A DNA stretch of 26,984 nt, from the IMG/VR virus record IMGVR_UViG_3300032884_000301, positions 1 through 26,984 of that record; one strand, given 5' to 3'. The DNA is from a virus. Lineage: Duplodnaviria > Caudoviricetes. The notes beneath the pieces were generated by a model, which had not been told where the DNA came from, made no database searches, and saw nothing but the letters and a program-made list of their open reading frames with translations. The position numbers and the translations under genes were made by a program. Positions 1-9,594 of the stretch are shown piece by piece. The number at the start of each line of letters is the position of its first letter. The stretch's first letter is position 1.

Positions 1-295
1 CTCGACCTCGGCCGATTCCACCGCCGCTAGCCAGTTGGTGTATACACCCAGAACTGCCTGAACCCATTGCCATGGTTGGTGTTAAGCGGGGACTTATCCT
101 GTAAGTAGGAAGCTCGGGCTAGCCTTTCCCTAAGCTCTCCCGAAGGTGTAGAATCACCCGCGGTTTCGCGATCCATCGGTTCCGGCAGCCAACTGATCGC
201 CTTCAGCCGCTCGCGAGATCACGTCCAGGGGGAGGACATGAAATCGTCGCCGTTCTACTGCAAAACTTGGCTTCGCATACTCGGCGTTTTCCTCG

Positions 296-529
296 TCAAT
301 CGCGCAGGCCCTGTTTCACGCTGGCAAAGGGCTTGATGACGGCCGCCTGACGCAGGACGAAGTCCTTCTTGCGGATGGTGAACTCCTGCTCGATGTGCCG
401 CCGCTCGGTGGCCTGGATTCGCTTGGCGGTCGCGTTGATGGCGTTCACGACGACGTAGGCCAGGCGGCGTTGGCCGTTCTCCAGGCGCAGAACCAGCGAA
501 GCACAGTCGATCTGCAGGTCTATTCTCAT
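296..529 (-). CDS. Phage tail-associated (gpZ-like) protein, probably C-terminally truncated
   Basis: ATG at 529 overlaps the upstream stop (ATGA). The 77 aa product MRIDLQID...VVNAINATAKRIQ...FTIRK resembles the N-terminus of minor tail protein Z-like proteins but is short for that family. Confidence 0.4.
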   Translation of the reverse strand: MRIDLQIDCASLVLRLENGQRRLAYVVVNAINATAKRIQATERRHIEQEFTIRKKDFVLRQAAVIKPFASVKQGLRD

Positions 530-819
530 CGCCCGTCCTCTTCCGCCTGCCGCATCTGGCGGCTGTGTCGGTAGATCGCCTCGAGGGTGAGACGGCCCTG
601 GGACATCTCGACCAGGGCCATGGCGCGGTCCGGGTGGGGGGTGTGGCCCTGGAGCCACTCGTAGACGGCCTGATTGGTGATGCGAAGCAGGGGGTCGTGG
701 GCCAGGCGGGCGACGATGCGGGGCACGCCGACGTCGGCCACCCAGCGGCCGAAATCGGTCTGCCAGCGGTCAGGGGCGCGCTTGAATCGCCCTGAGGCAA
801 GAGCCTCGTCGCGGAACAT
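526..819 (-). CDS. Cro/YdaS-like HTH transcriptional regulator
   Basis: ITNQAVYEWLQGHTPHPDRAMALVEMSQGRLTLEAI fits the Cro/YdaS recognition helix and tail. GGGAG lies 5 nt before ATG 819, and the gene is coupled to the next one. Confidence 0.6.
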   Translation of the reverse strand: MFRDEALASGRFKRAPDRWQTDFGRWVADVGVPRIVARLAHDPLLRITNQAVYEWLQGHTPHPDRAMALVEMSQGRLTLEAIYRHSRQMRQAEEDGR

Positions 820-1335
820 TGTCACTCCCGGGGAAGTAGTCCGCGTTCGGCGGACGCGAGGATCCTTCCGGTTACCTACCCCGTGCCGTTACAATGTGTC
901 GCGAGAAATTCCACTTGTTTTGCTGGGATGGCTTTGGGTGGTTCCAAAGCTCGGTTTGCTTTTGATGAGTTCTGCGTGGATTCGAACAGATAGACGCAAA
1001 CCAGGAATGAAGTGCAGTTCGTAAGGAATATTACCGAAAACTTACTATAAAAATCATTGACGCGTGTTTGTGCCTGCCCTAATTTCCGCGTGGGGACGCC
1101 GGGATTGGAAACTGCACCATTTAGCCCTCATCACACCGGCGCCATGTCTACTCGTCGTATCGGCAAAAGTACGGCTCGTCATCAATAGAACAGCCGAAGG
1201 GGGGAGTCTATCACTCGGCTGACCAGTTGAGGTCTGCCCGATAACCGAGCCTGATTGCAATGACGAGATGGCCACGTACAGCGACCAAGCGTGACGATGT
1301 CGTTTCGTACGAAAAATCTGAAAGGGGGGCGATCC

Positions 1336-3222
1336 ATGGATCGAACCAGTCGAATCTGTTCCGCGCTGTTGCTCGTTTCCGGAATGCTGCTGTGCATGAA
1401 CTCGCAAGTCGCGGCGCAAACTTCAAGTGTGGAATACGTCGACCGGTCCTCGGAGACCGGAATCTCCATGACCGGGCTTCCGACAAACGCGTCGAACCTG
1501 AACGTCGAGGCAAATCAGTACAAGGATCTTCTGATTTCTAGATCGGGGATTGCGGCAATGGGTTGGTCTGGTAACGGCTTGAGCGGGAACGGCGCTCCCA
1601 TGTTCCTGGACAACTCGAACGGCTTCTTCCCATCCGGCGCACCGTCCGGTTACGGTACTGGCTACGCCGCAGCCGATTTCGACAACGACGGATGGGTCGA
1701 TTTCTTTTACTGCGAACCTAATGGGGGAGCCAAACTCTATCGAAACATGGGGGGTAACGGCTTCCAGAACTGGACGACAGCCAGCGGGCTGAGTACGTGG
1801 CAGGGATATATCCAAGACACCGGATCGTGCGCCTGGGGCGACTATGACGGGGACGGGTTTCTAGACCTGGCTACCGTCACAGATGGGTACCCAAACGGCG
1901 AGCTTCGCGTCTACCATAACGCCGGCGGGACCTTCGACGCGGTTGTTCTTGAAGGTTACTACGCCGGGCTGTCGCCTCTGTGGGCTGACTTCGACAACGA
2001 CGACGATCTCGACCTGATCGTGCTCGACAGCGAACCAGACCCCACCGGTCCGCCGCCCGGCTATGTGGACCGTTGCTTCATCAATCAAGGTGATGGGACC
2101 TTTGTGGACGAAGGGTGGGACCGCATCGGGGAGCTAGAGCATTACTATGGCTTCACGATCGCGGTGCCGTCCGACGTAGACAAGGACGGGGACATCGACA
2201 TCATGTACGGTCGCGAACAGTTCGTTTCCTTGCTAGAGAACGACGGTTCTGGCTATTTCACCCTGGTACCGATTGTCGAATACGACAGCAACTATATCCA
2301 ACCGACCGGCATTTCCGTCCTCGACTACGACCTGGATGGATACCCGGATGTGCTGTCGTCCTGGTACGGCACCTCTGGCCATAAAGTGTCGTTGTTACGC
2401 GGGTCGGCGAACGGCACCTACACGGAATCCGCGGTAGGGGCGGCGATCAACTCCTCCCTCGAGACATACGGTATCGCGCCGGGGGACTACGCTCACGATG
2501 GTTTTACGGACGTCTACTTCGCTCGACCCACGAGTCAGCCGTTCTTCTACAAGGCCCGGCCCGCAACTGGGTACTCGAAGGGCAGTTGGGTTGGAATCCA
2601 CCTCGAATCGCAACACGGCGCCAACAATGCTACGGGTGTTGGGGCTGTCGTGAAAGTCACTGCTGGTACGAACGTGTACACGCAGATCGTTGATGGCGCC
2701 GGTGGGTACGCAAGCCAGCACGACCGCGATCTACCCTTCGGGCTGGGCACATATAGTGGCACGGTCGACGTCGAAGTGCGCTGGCCGAACGGACATACTC
2801 AGATTGGCACCGACCTCGCCGTCAACCAGTACCACACGGTTCTCGACGATTCACCGGTCATCAATGACACTCAGATCTTCTGCTCGAAGGTCTTTCACGA
2901 AAACGGCCAGGAAGACTGGGTCTTTACCTGGTACACGTACTACTCGAGTGACCGGTTGGAGGACAAGGTCATTTTCGACTTCTACGGAGTACCGACGCGC
3001 TGCCTGCCGCCGTACGAAGTCCTCGAGGACGGCCTGGACGACGTCGTGGTCGATTCGGTGGTGAGCGAGAACGGGATGTACAAGCACACCGTAACCCTCC
3101 AATACGTAGACTGCGAAGCTCGCTGTACTGTCCCCTACGTCGTAGAGAGCGGGTTCGATGATTGCAAGGACGAATCCGCCGACAAGACCCTCAAAACCCA
3201 GTACTGTGCGCAGTTGCAGTAG
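1336..3222 (+). CDS. Secreted FG-GAP/VCBS-repeat (CRTAC1-family) beta-propeller protein with ASPIC/UnbV domain
   Basis: Signal peptide, repeated DxDxDGxxD motifs (ADFDNDGWVD, GDYDGDGFLD, ADFDNDDDLD, DVDKDGDID, DYDLDGYPD) and an ASPIC/UnbV-like segment (GVGAVVKV...GYASQ...FGLG...VRWPNG). G-rich RBS before ATG 1336. Confidence 0.85.
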   Translation: MDRTSRICSALLLVSGMLLCMNSQVAAQTSSVEYVDRSSETGISMTGLPTNASNLNVEANQYKDLLISRSGIAAMGWSGNGLSGNGAPMFLDNSNGFFPSGAPSGYGTGYAAADFDNDGWVDFFYCEPNGGAKLYRNMGGNGFQNWTTASGLSTWQGYIQDTGSCAWGDYDGDGFLDLATVTDGYPNGELRVYHNAGGTFDAVVLEGYYAGLSPLWADFDNDDDLDLIVLDSEPDPTGPPPGYVDRCFINQGDGTFVDEGWDRIGELEHYYGFTIAVPSDVDKDGDIDIMYGREQFVSLLENDGSGYFTLVPIVEYDSNYIQPTGISVLDYDLDGYPDVLSSWYGTSGHKVSLLRGSANGTYTESAVGAAINSSLETYGIAPGDYAHDGFTDVYFARPTSQPFFYKARPATGYSKGSWVGIHLESQHGANNATGVGAVVKVTAGTNVYTQIVDGAGGYASQHDRDLPFGLGTYSGTVDVEVRWPNGHTQIGTDLAVNQYHTVLDDSPVINDTQIFCSKVFHENGQEDWVFTWYTYYSSDRLEDKVIFDFYGVPTRCLPPYEVLEDGLDDVVVDSVVSENGMYKHTVTLQYVDCEARCTVPYVVESGFDDCKDESADKTLKTQYCAQLQ

Positions 3223-3238
3223 GAAGAAGGGAGATAAC

Positions 3239-4123
3239 ATGTTGCTCCAAAGGACGACTCTCTTGGCCGCGTTGGTGCTCTTTGGGAGTCTAGGCGGCGC
3301 AAGTGCTGACGAAATCGTGATTGACGGCGTGCTCGGCCTTGCGCCGAGCTGCAACGGTGCAGGAATTGCAATCTGGGTTCCCCTCCAGAGCGGAGAGATG
3401 ATTTCCGGCGTGACCTGGTACAATAATGACAGTACGCACGGATTCCCTTCGATACTCGTCGTCGACGGTGAGCCTGGCGTCCCTGCCCGGACGGAGGATG
3501 CGATCGCTGTTGCAGAAAACGTCTCCGGCCCAACCGGGGGTTGGGGACAGTGTGACTTCTCGCAACCCGTGGCGACCTTGACCAGCGGAATCTACGTCAT
3601 CTTCGGGCTGCCCGGCGATGCCGACTTCGTCGGTGCGGGCAATGGTCCGGGTTTCGGTTTCGTGCGCGGTGGAGAAGAGGTTACGTGCTGGGCCACCGCA
3701 GGGGAGGAGTGGGACAGTTTCGCTCCTGCCGTTCGTGTTGCCATTGAACCGATCGTAAACGCCAACAAGGGCGGAAACGTCCTAGTCCTGGGCGGGGAAG
3801 GCGCGGATTCCAACGAGCAGGACGGCGGAGATCTGGCGCTGCCGACCTCTTTCGGCGCTCTGACCGCAAGCCCGAATCCCTTCAACCCGCAAACGGAGAT
3901 CAGTTTCACGATAGACTCGGGTCGTGAGGTTCACCTCGCGGTCTTTGACTTGCGCGGCCGTCTCGTCAAGGTGCTTCTTGATGAGGATAGGGCACCGGGG
4001 TTGCATTCGGCTATCTGGAATGGGCGCGACGACTCAGGCAGAGCACAGCCGAGCGGTGTGTACCTAGCCGTGATGCGGGCTGGGGCTGAACATTCGATGA
4101 AGCGGCTGACGCTGGTCCAGTAG
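3239..4123 (+). CDS. Secreted protein with C-terminal FlgD-Ig (T9SS type-A-like) sorting domain
   Basis: RBS GAAGGGAG, signal peptide (ASA-D), and C-terminal SPNPFNPQTEISF...VFDLRGRLV...WNGRD...SGVYL. Confidence 0.8.
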   Translation: MLLQRTTLLAALVLFGSLGGASADEIVIDGVLGLAPSCNGAGIAIWVPLQSGEMISGVTWYNNDSTHGFPSILVVDGEPGVPARTEDAIAVAENVSGPTGGWGQCDFSQPVATLTSGIYVIFGLPGDADFVGAGNGPGFGFVRGGEEVTCWATAGEEWDSFAPAVRVAIEPIVNANKGGNVLVLGGEGADSNEQDGGDLALPTSFGALTASPNPFNPQTEISFTIDSGREVHLAVFDLRGRLVKVLLDEDRAPGLHSAIWNGRDDSGRAQPSGVYLAVMRAGAEHSMKRLTLVQ

Positions 4124-4134
4124 ACTGCATGATG

Positions 4135-4161
4135 GGGGCGGGAGGTAGCACCTTCCGCCCC
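4135..4161 (+). other. Intergenic GC-rich stem-loop without U-tract
   Basis: GGGGCGGGAGGT-AGC-ACCTTCCGCCCC forms a 12-bp stem with one G-U pair, between two co-oriented genes. Confidence 0.5.
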
Positions 4162-4184
4162 TCACAGGCGGGAATGGAGCGACA

Positions 4185-5402
4185 ATGACATGGTCGAAGG
4201 TCCGCTTTCGGGTTGCGGTTCGAACCGCCGTAGTTGTGATAGTAGGTGCCATTGTCGCGGCAATTGCGCCCGCAGATACGCTACGCGTCGAGCGCGATGG
4301 TACTGGCGACTACACGGTGATCCAGGATGCCATCGACGCCGCGGCATCAGGGGACACGATCCGTATCGGGCTCGGGCGATTCAATGAGCAACAGCTGGTG
4401 ACATGCCCCGGATGGTCGGAGATGGTGAGAGTTCTTGTCCGGCAGGATACACTTACGATTATCGGATCCGGACCAGGGACGATTATCGGGCAGACAGAGC
4501 CATATGAATGGTCACAGGGAGTCCATAAAGGTATCGTAGCATCCGATATCTGGGGAACCACGTGCTTGCGAGTAGCCGATTTAACCGTCGAAAACGTAAG
4601 AGATGCCATTTATACTAGTCATGAGTCTCTTGGCCATGACTTTGTCGAGGTGCGTAACTGCAGCTTCAGGAACAACGAGTATTCGCTATTTCTCATCGGC
4701 GATGGCGGAATCGTCAGTGTGTCAGAATGTGAGTTTACGGGCATCGCCTTAACTGGAGCCCATCTATACGCTTACGGGCAGTCACATGTTGATATGAACA
4801 ACTGCGATTCGTGGATCTCACTTAACACGAATTGGAACCCGGTACACGCGGCGTTTGAGTTTTGCGGGCAGGCTCAGGTCGATAATTGTAGGTTTCAGGG
4901 TGGGCGTGGCGGTATTTCCGTACACGGTGCGTCTGCCGACATCAAAAACTGCACGTTTTATGGCCAGAGTCTGTTTGGGCTGTCGCCGTCTGCAGGCGCG
5001 AATGTTCATGTAAGGTCTAGTTCGTTCCTTTGGCAGTATCGTGGGGTCGTCTCGACCCAGCCGGATAATTCAATCCAGATCGAGACTACTGTATTCCAGG
5101 AAATTTCGCAAGCGGCTATTTGGCTATGCTATGCAGGGTCACTGACGGTCAACAATTGCGACCTAACGGGGGGCTCACAAGGGGTAGTATGGGGATACGA
5201 GAATCCACCGCAACCCATCAAGACTTTCAACATGGAGAACAACTACTGGGGCACCGACGACCCGCAGGCGATCCGGGATCTCATCCACGACCGAAGCGAT
5301 ACGACTAGTATCCAGTTTATAGTAGACTTCGAGCCGTTCGCACCAGAATCGACTCCGGTTGCAAGGGAGAGTTGGGGAGACTTGAAGACGGGCTTTAGAT
5401 AG
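4185..5402 (+). CDS. Secreted right-handed parallel beta-helix protein with C-terminal SWGxxK motif
   Basis: Signal peptide, DGTGDYTVIQDAIDAAASGDTI entry motif, repeated xxNCxFxxN strands, NNYWG, and terminal TPVARESWGDLKTGFR. Confidence 0.8.
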   Translation: MTWSKVRFRVAVRTAVVVIVGAIVAAIAPADTLRVERDGTGDYTVIQDAIDAAASGDTIRIGLGRFNEQQLVTCPGWSEMVRVLVRQDTLTIIGSGPGTIIGQTEPYEWSQGVHKGIVASDIWGTTCLRVADLTVENVRDAIYTSHESLGHDFVEVRNCSFRNNEYSLFLIGDGGIVSVSECEFTGIALTGAHLYAYGQSHVDMNNCDSWISLNTNWNPVHAAFEFCGQAQVDNCRFQGGRGGISVHGASADIKNCTFYGQSLFGLSPSAGANVHVRSSSFLWQYRGVVSTQPDNSIQIETTVFQEISQAAIWLCYAGSLTVNNCDLTGGSQGVVWGYENPPQPIKTFNMENNYWGTDDPQAIRDLIHDRSDTTSIQFIVDFEPFAPESTPVARESWGDLKTGFR

Positions 5403-5793
5403 ACGCACTATTATAGTTGGCCGTGCTTCGAACGAGCAATCACGAGTATTGTCTATCTCGCGCGACCTCCCTGCCAATCTCTCGAACGGCCTCATGCGAC
5501 CGCCCCTGTGCCTACTAAAAACTCCAACGATGGACCGCGAGATCTTCGTATTGCGGCGTATTCCGCCATGACGGCGGCTGCAATGTGAATTTGGATGCCG
5601 TGGTCGAAGATGGGGCGAGGAATTCGTGCCGAGGCTGGTGGCTGCTGCTCATTGGAGACGCACGGCGAATGCGGAGGACACCCTAACGATCGGCAGTAAT
5701 ATCGGCGTTGAAGTCGAATAGCTGGCGGCGTACACTCCATCTGGCGCCTGGCTGGGTTATCTCCCTCCAATTCCCCACCTGGTTGGGCGCCGA

Positions 5794-6048
5794 TCAATTC
5801 TCCCGCCAGTTCATGATCGTGCTCATCCGGGCTCGCGAGACTCCGCAGCGCCGGGCAACGTCGGCCATGTCGGCGAACGCCCCGGCGGCGATACGTGTCT
5901 CGACGACCTGCGCTAACGCAATCCGCCGCAGAAGGCGTTCCTCTCGGGCGCGACCCCGATTCTCGGCTACGACCTCGGGGTCCACGACGGGCTTCGGTTT
6001 CAGCGCTGGCCCCGCCGGTCGCAGGTCGACGTCTAGCTCGACACGCAT
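5794..6048 (-). CDS. Small HTH protein downstream of the serine recombinase
   Basis: AAGGAG RBS, 16-nt overlap with the recombinase end, HTH-like MADVARRCGVSRARMSTIM. Confidence 0.7.
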   Translation of the reverse strand: MRVELDVDLRPAGPALKPKPVVDPEVVAENRGRAREERLLRRIALAQVVETRIAAGAFADMADVARRCGVSRARMSTIMNWREN

Positions 6049-7616
6049 GTAGACTCCTTCGCGCTATCGACCTCGCCCGCCAGCGCCTGGATGCCCGAAG
6101 GCGCGAACGTCACGGCGAGCTTCTTGTTCACTGCGTCGTGGTCGATGCGGGCGATCAGCAGTTGAATCACCCTTGCCTGTTCGACTGGGTAGAGCACTTC
6201 CCAGATCGGCGTGAACATCGAGAGCGCCTTCGCCAGGTCCGCCTCATCGACGGTGCCGGCGTCAAGCACTGCGAGTGCCTGCCGGATCTCCGTGAGCCTC
6301 CGTTCGATCTTCCCCGCCTGCTCCTCGAGGTCGGCGATCCTCGCGCCCACAGGCGCCCCGTGTTCGCCCGTGGCGAGAGAATCCAGTAGGTGGTGAAGTT
6401 GGCCTCGGACCTTCTCCAGGCGCGTCCTGAGACGCTTCTGTTCGCCCAGGAGCGCTGGCCGTTTCGCGGCGCGAATCTCCCGCACCTGCCGCACCGTCTC
6501 GCGCTGGAGTTCCCGGTCCTGGCCGATCACACGGATCTGCGAGACGATCACATCTTCCAGTTTCTGGGCGTTGATCTGCGGGCACGGACATGTCCGGTAG
6601 CCCTTCTTCATGGCGCCGCCGCAGACGTAGTATCGATAGGTTCGCGAACCTTTCCGCGTCACCGACGGGATCAGCGGCGCGTTGCAGGCGGTGCAGCGGG
6701 CCAGCCCCTTGAGCAAGAAGCCGTATTTGTTCCTCACCTGGCTGCCGTTGGTCTGGGCGTTCCTCGCCATCAGGTCCTGGACCCGCTGGAAGGTCCGCTC
6801 ATCGACGATCGCCTCGTGCTCGCCCGGGAACTCCTCACCCTGGTAGCGTACGCGGCCGACGTAGATTGGATTGGCTAGAAGGTGATTGATGTAGTTCTTG
6901 GTGAACGGCCCGCCGCCCAGCCGCTGCCCGGTCTTGGTCGTGCACGACTTCGACACCCAGCCGCGACAGTTGATCTCCTCGACGACTTCGCTGATGGACT
7001 GGGCGGCCAGGTACAGCTTGAAGATCTCGCGGACCATCGCGGCCTCGGCCTCGTTGATCACCAGACGCTTGTCGACGACGTCATAGCCGAGTACAGGCCG
7101 CCCACCCGTCCACTTCCCCTTCCTACGGGACGCCGCCATCTTATCCCGCGTGCGGTCGGAGACCATCTCCCGCTCGAACTGCGCGAAGGACAGAAGGACG
7201 TTCAGCATCAAACGGCCGGCGCTGTCGCGGGTGTTGATGGGCTGGGTCACGGAGACCAGGGAGACGCCGTGCTTGTCGAAGAGCTCCACCAGGCGGGTGA
7301 AGTCCAGTAGGGAGCGAGACAGCCGGTCGACCTTGTAAATGACGATGCAGTCCACGCGCCCGGCCTCGACAGCGGCCAGGAGTCGCTTCAGGGCGGGCCG
7401 GTCCAGATTGCCGCCCGTGAACCCGCCGTCGTCGAAGCGGTCGTCCAGGCAGACCCAGCCTTGGCTCTTCTGGCTGGCGACGTACGCCTCGCCTGCTTCG
7501 CGCTGGGCGTCCAGGGAGTTGAAGTCCATGTCCAGGCCCTCATCGGTCGACTTGCGCGTGTAGATGGCGCAGCGGACCGACGAGGGCGCTTGGTGGTTGC
7601 TGGCGCGGCGGATCAT
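6033..7616 (-). CDS. Large serine recombinase (resolvase + recombinase + zinc-ribbon domains)
   Basis: CAIYTRKST catalytic Ser motif, YKVDRLSRS, FAQFERE, GYD, NPIYVG, CTAC...YYVC zinc ribbon and coiled coil. ATG 7616 overlaps the upstream stop (ATGA). Confidence 0.95.
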   Translation of the reverse strand: MIRRASNHQAPSSVRCAIYTRKSTDEGLDMDFNSLDAQREAGEAYVASQKSQGWVCLDDRFDDGGFTGGNLDRPALKRLLAAVEAGRVDCIVIYKVDRLSRSLLDFTRLVELFDKHGVSLVSVTQPINTRDSAGRLMLNVLLSFAQFEREMVSDRTRDKMAASRRKGKWTGGRPVLGYDVVDKRLVINEAEAAMVREIFKLYLAAQSISEVVEEINCRGWVSKSCTTKTGQRLGGGPFTKNYINHLLANPIYVGRVRYQGEEFPGEHEAIVDERTFQRVQDLMARNAQTNGSQVRNKYGFLLKGLARCTACNAPLIPSVTRKGSRTYRYYVCGGAMKKGYRTCPCPQINAQKLEDVIVSQIRVIGQDRELQRETVRQVREIRAAKRPALLGEQKRLRTRLEKVRGQLHHLLDSLATGEHGAPVGARIADLEEQAGKIERRLTEIRQALAVLDAGTVDEADLAKALSMFTPIWEVLYPVEQARVIQLLIARIDHDAVNKKLAVTFAPSGIQALAGEVDSAKESTCVSS

Positions 7617-8113
7617 CTCCCGTCCTTGCTCGCGCAGTTGAAGAACGTGAACCCGTTCCACGACGTGCCGGTGACCTCGCTGGCGATGGCCGACAGCGAG
7701 CGGAACATCCGGCCGTCGTACTCGAAGCCGGAGGCCAGGACCTTCACGACCACGTCGTTGCCCTTCCACTGGCGCGTGAGCACGCCGCCGACCTTGGGCA
7801 GGCGGGCGTCGCGCAGGCCGGGGCGGGTGTTGGAGGTTGGCTTGGCGTTCTTCCGGTTACCGGCGTTCGGGAACCACCGCTCGGGAGGCGTGGCCTCGAT
7901 CTCGCGCCGGTACTCCGCAACGCGAGCCTCCTGCTCGGGCGTCAACTTACCGAAGCGGTCCGCTTGTAATTGCCACGCGAGCCTCTTGATCATGTACACG
8001 CGATGGCGCTGGCGAGTCTCTTCCCCGAACACCTCGCGCCACCGCTCGCGCAGCTGCGGGACGGTCATGGACTGCAGCGCCAGGACCTGCGCTGCGATTG
8101 TGGGCTCGGACAT
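7613..8113 (-). CDS. DUF2924 domain protein
   Basis: LRERWREVFG...RLAWQLQ...GGVLTRQWKG...GFEYDGRMFRSLSAIASEVTGTSWNGFTFF, directly upstream of the recombinase, the usual position for this family. Confidence 0.85.
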   Translation of the reverse strand: MSEPTIAAQVLALQSMTVPQLRERWREVFGEETRQRHRVYMIKRLAWQLQADRFGKLTPEQEARVAEYRREIEATPPERWFPNAGNRKNAKPTSNTRPGLRDARLPKVGGVLTRQWKGNDVVVKVLASGFEYDGRMFRSLSAIASEVTGTSWNGFTFFNCASKDGR

Positions 8114-8535
8114 CACTCGCCGTCCTTGGCGGCAGCCTTGGGCTCGACTAGCCGGAAGAAGACCGGCCCGCTGATCGCCGGGTAGCCGGTGATGTGCTTG
8201 GCGACCGCCGAGATGCTGCGGAAGGTCTGACTGTCGTACAGGAAGGTGCCGTCGTCCTGGACCTTCACGGTGATCTCGTCGCCCTTGTACACGCGCGTCA
8301 GCGTCGCGCCCGGGGCAACGCGCGGGTCGTTGGGAGCCCTCATCTCCTTGGGGACCGTGGGTGCCTTTCGGGTGCGCTTCGGAGCGGGCGTCGTCTCGGC
8401 AGCCGGCTGCTCGGCCAGGGTCGCGTCGTACACCGCGATCTTGGACTTGCCGCGCTTGCGCGGGGCGGGAGTCTTGGTAGTGGCCTTCTTGGCGCTCTTG
8501 CGAGCGGGAGCGGACTTGGTGCGCTTCGTGGTCAT
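8113..8535 (-). CDS. Second DUF2924-like protein with Lys/Ala/Pro-rich N-terminal tail
   Basis: GGAGGT RBS. C-terminal PGATLTRVYKG...FLYDSQTFRSISAVAKHITG...SGPVFF is paralogous to the neighbouring gene. Confidence 0.8.
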   Translation of the reverse strand: MTTKRTKSAPARKSAKKATTKTPAPRKRGKSKIAVYDATLAEQPAAETTPAPKRTRKAPTVPKEMRAPNDPRVAPGATLTRVYKGDEITVKVQDDGTFLYDSQTFRSISAVAKHITGYPAISGPVFFRLVEPKAAAKDGE

Positions 8536-8559
8536 GATCAAACCTCCAGGTACGGTGTT

Positions 8560-8784
8560 TCAAAGTCCAAAGCTCTGGGCCAGCCGTTCGCTGTCGTTCA
8601 GCGGGCCAGCATCGATGCACTGCAGCGCGGTTTCCACTTCGGCGGTGAACTGCGATCGCGACAAGCCGTCGAGAGTCGGATGCTCACACCGCATCCATGC
8701 CTCGACGTGACGCGGGTCGGCGGTGCCGATCCGCCCGATCGTGGCCAGCGTTTCGCGGATGGCGGTCTGGTAGTAGCTCGCCAT
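8560..8784 (-). CDS. Hypothetical protein (74 aa)
   Basis: AGGAG RBS, 2 nt from the upstream stop, part of the leftward operon. Confidence 0.65.
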   Translation of the reverse strand: MASYYQTAIRETLATIGRIGTADPRHVEAWMRCEHPTLDGLSRSQFTAEVETALQCIDAGPLNDSERLAQSFGL

Positions 8785-8786
8785 GG

Positions 8787-9080
8787 CTATCGACTCCTGA
8801 CGATCGTGACCTGGAACTCACGCGCACCGACGCGCACGACCAGCCCGGCGTCCGTCGTCAGCACTCCGGCGTCGCGAAACGTGGCCGCCTCCAGCGCGGG
8901 ACCATCGAAGTTCGGGTTGTCGCCGTCGGTGACGGGGTCGTCAGCGTCCTCGTAGTCGTGGCACATCTCCGCGCAGATCGCGTCGTAGATGTCGAGATCG
9001 TCGATGCCCTCGCCAGCCGCGTTGAACGCATCGACCAGGACGTTCTGGAGCGCCTTGGCGGTCATCACGCGGTCGTTCAT
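8787..9080 (-). CDS. Hypothetical acidic protein (97 aa)
   Basis: ATG 9080 overlaps the upstream stop (ATGA). Ends in TFRDAGVLTTDAGLVVR...EFQVTIVRSR. The longer ORF to 9761 in the track is an over-extension. Confidence 0.65.
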   Translation of the reverse strand: MNDRVMTAKALQNVLVDAFNAAGEGIDDLDIYDAICAEMCHDYEDADDPVTDGDNPNFDGPALEAATFRDAGVLTTDAGLVVRVGAREFQVTIVRSR

Positions 9081-9352
9081 CGCGTCACCCCGTGGATCTC
9101 GCGGGCGCGGTCGAAGCCGACCCACTGGCCGTCGGCGTCGAGGCCGCGGTTGGCGAGCATCTCGCGGGCGAGGCGAACCGGGTCGATGAGGCCGTGGACG
9201 ATTCCGAGCAGCAAGTCGGTCGCGGTCGTCGAGTAGAGGAAGATCGGGTTCTGAAGGTCGCTGACCTCGGGGTCGGCGATCTGCGCCTCGATCCGGCGGC
9301 GCGTGGCGTCGGTCATCTGGAGCGCGGGGGCGGTCTTCTGTTGCTTGGCCAT
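9077..9352 (-). CDS. Hypothetical phage-type protein (91 aa)
   Basis: GAAGGGA RBS, LAREMLANRGLDADGQWVGF motif, coupled to the next gene. Confidence 0.7.
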   Translation of the reverse strand: MAKQQKTAPALQMTDATRRRIEAQIADPEVSDLQNPIFLYSTTATDLLLGIVHGLIDPVRLAREMLANRGLDADGQWVGFDRAREIHGVTR

Positions 9353-9354
9353 CG

Positions 9355-9576
9355 CTAAGTCCCTTCGTTGGAGCGAGTTGCGGCCGATTCCGCCCTACAT
9401 TCATCACTCCGGGGGCTACTTGTATCAAGGGAATAGCGGCGCAAGTGCTTAGTATTAATGGGCTTATCGTGATTGGGCGTTTCGTCGGGTGGGAACGAGG
9501 CCCGCAACCGCACGAATCCGAGTGCGAGGATTGAAGCGATCTCGACCAGGGGACGTTCGGCGTCTTCCTGAACCAT
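9355..9576 (-). CDS. Small leader protein of the leftward operon
   Basis: GGAGGT RBS, helix EIASILALGFVRLR similar to small ORFs I recall upstream of DUF2924-recombinase modules, and a stop 2 nt before the next start. Confidence 0.55.
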   Translation of the reverse strand: MVQEDAERPLVEIASILALGFVRLRASFPPDETPNHDKPINTKHLRRYSLDTSSPRSDECRAESAATRSNEGT

Positions 9577-9594
9577 CTCGACCTCCTATGAGGC

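Noticed and set aside
5403-5793. tRNA or other integration target beside the recombinase
   Set aside because: No cloverleaf, T-loop motif or recognisable split gene found by eye.
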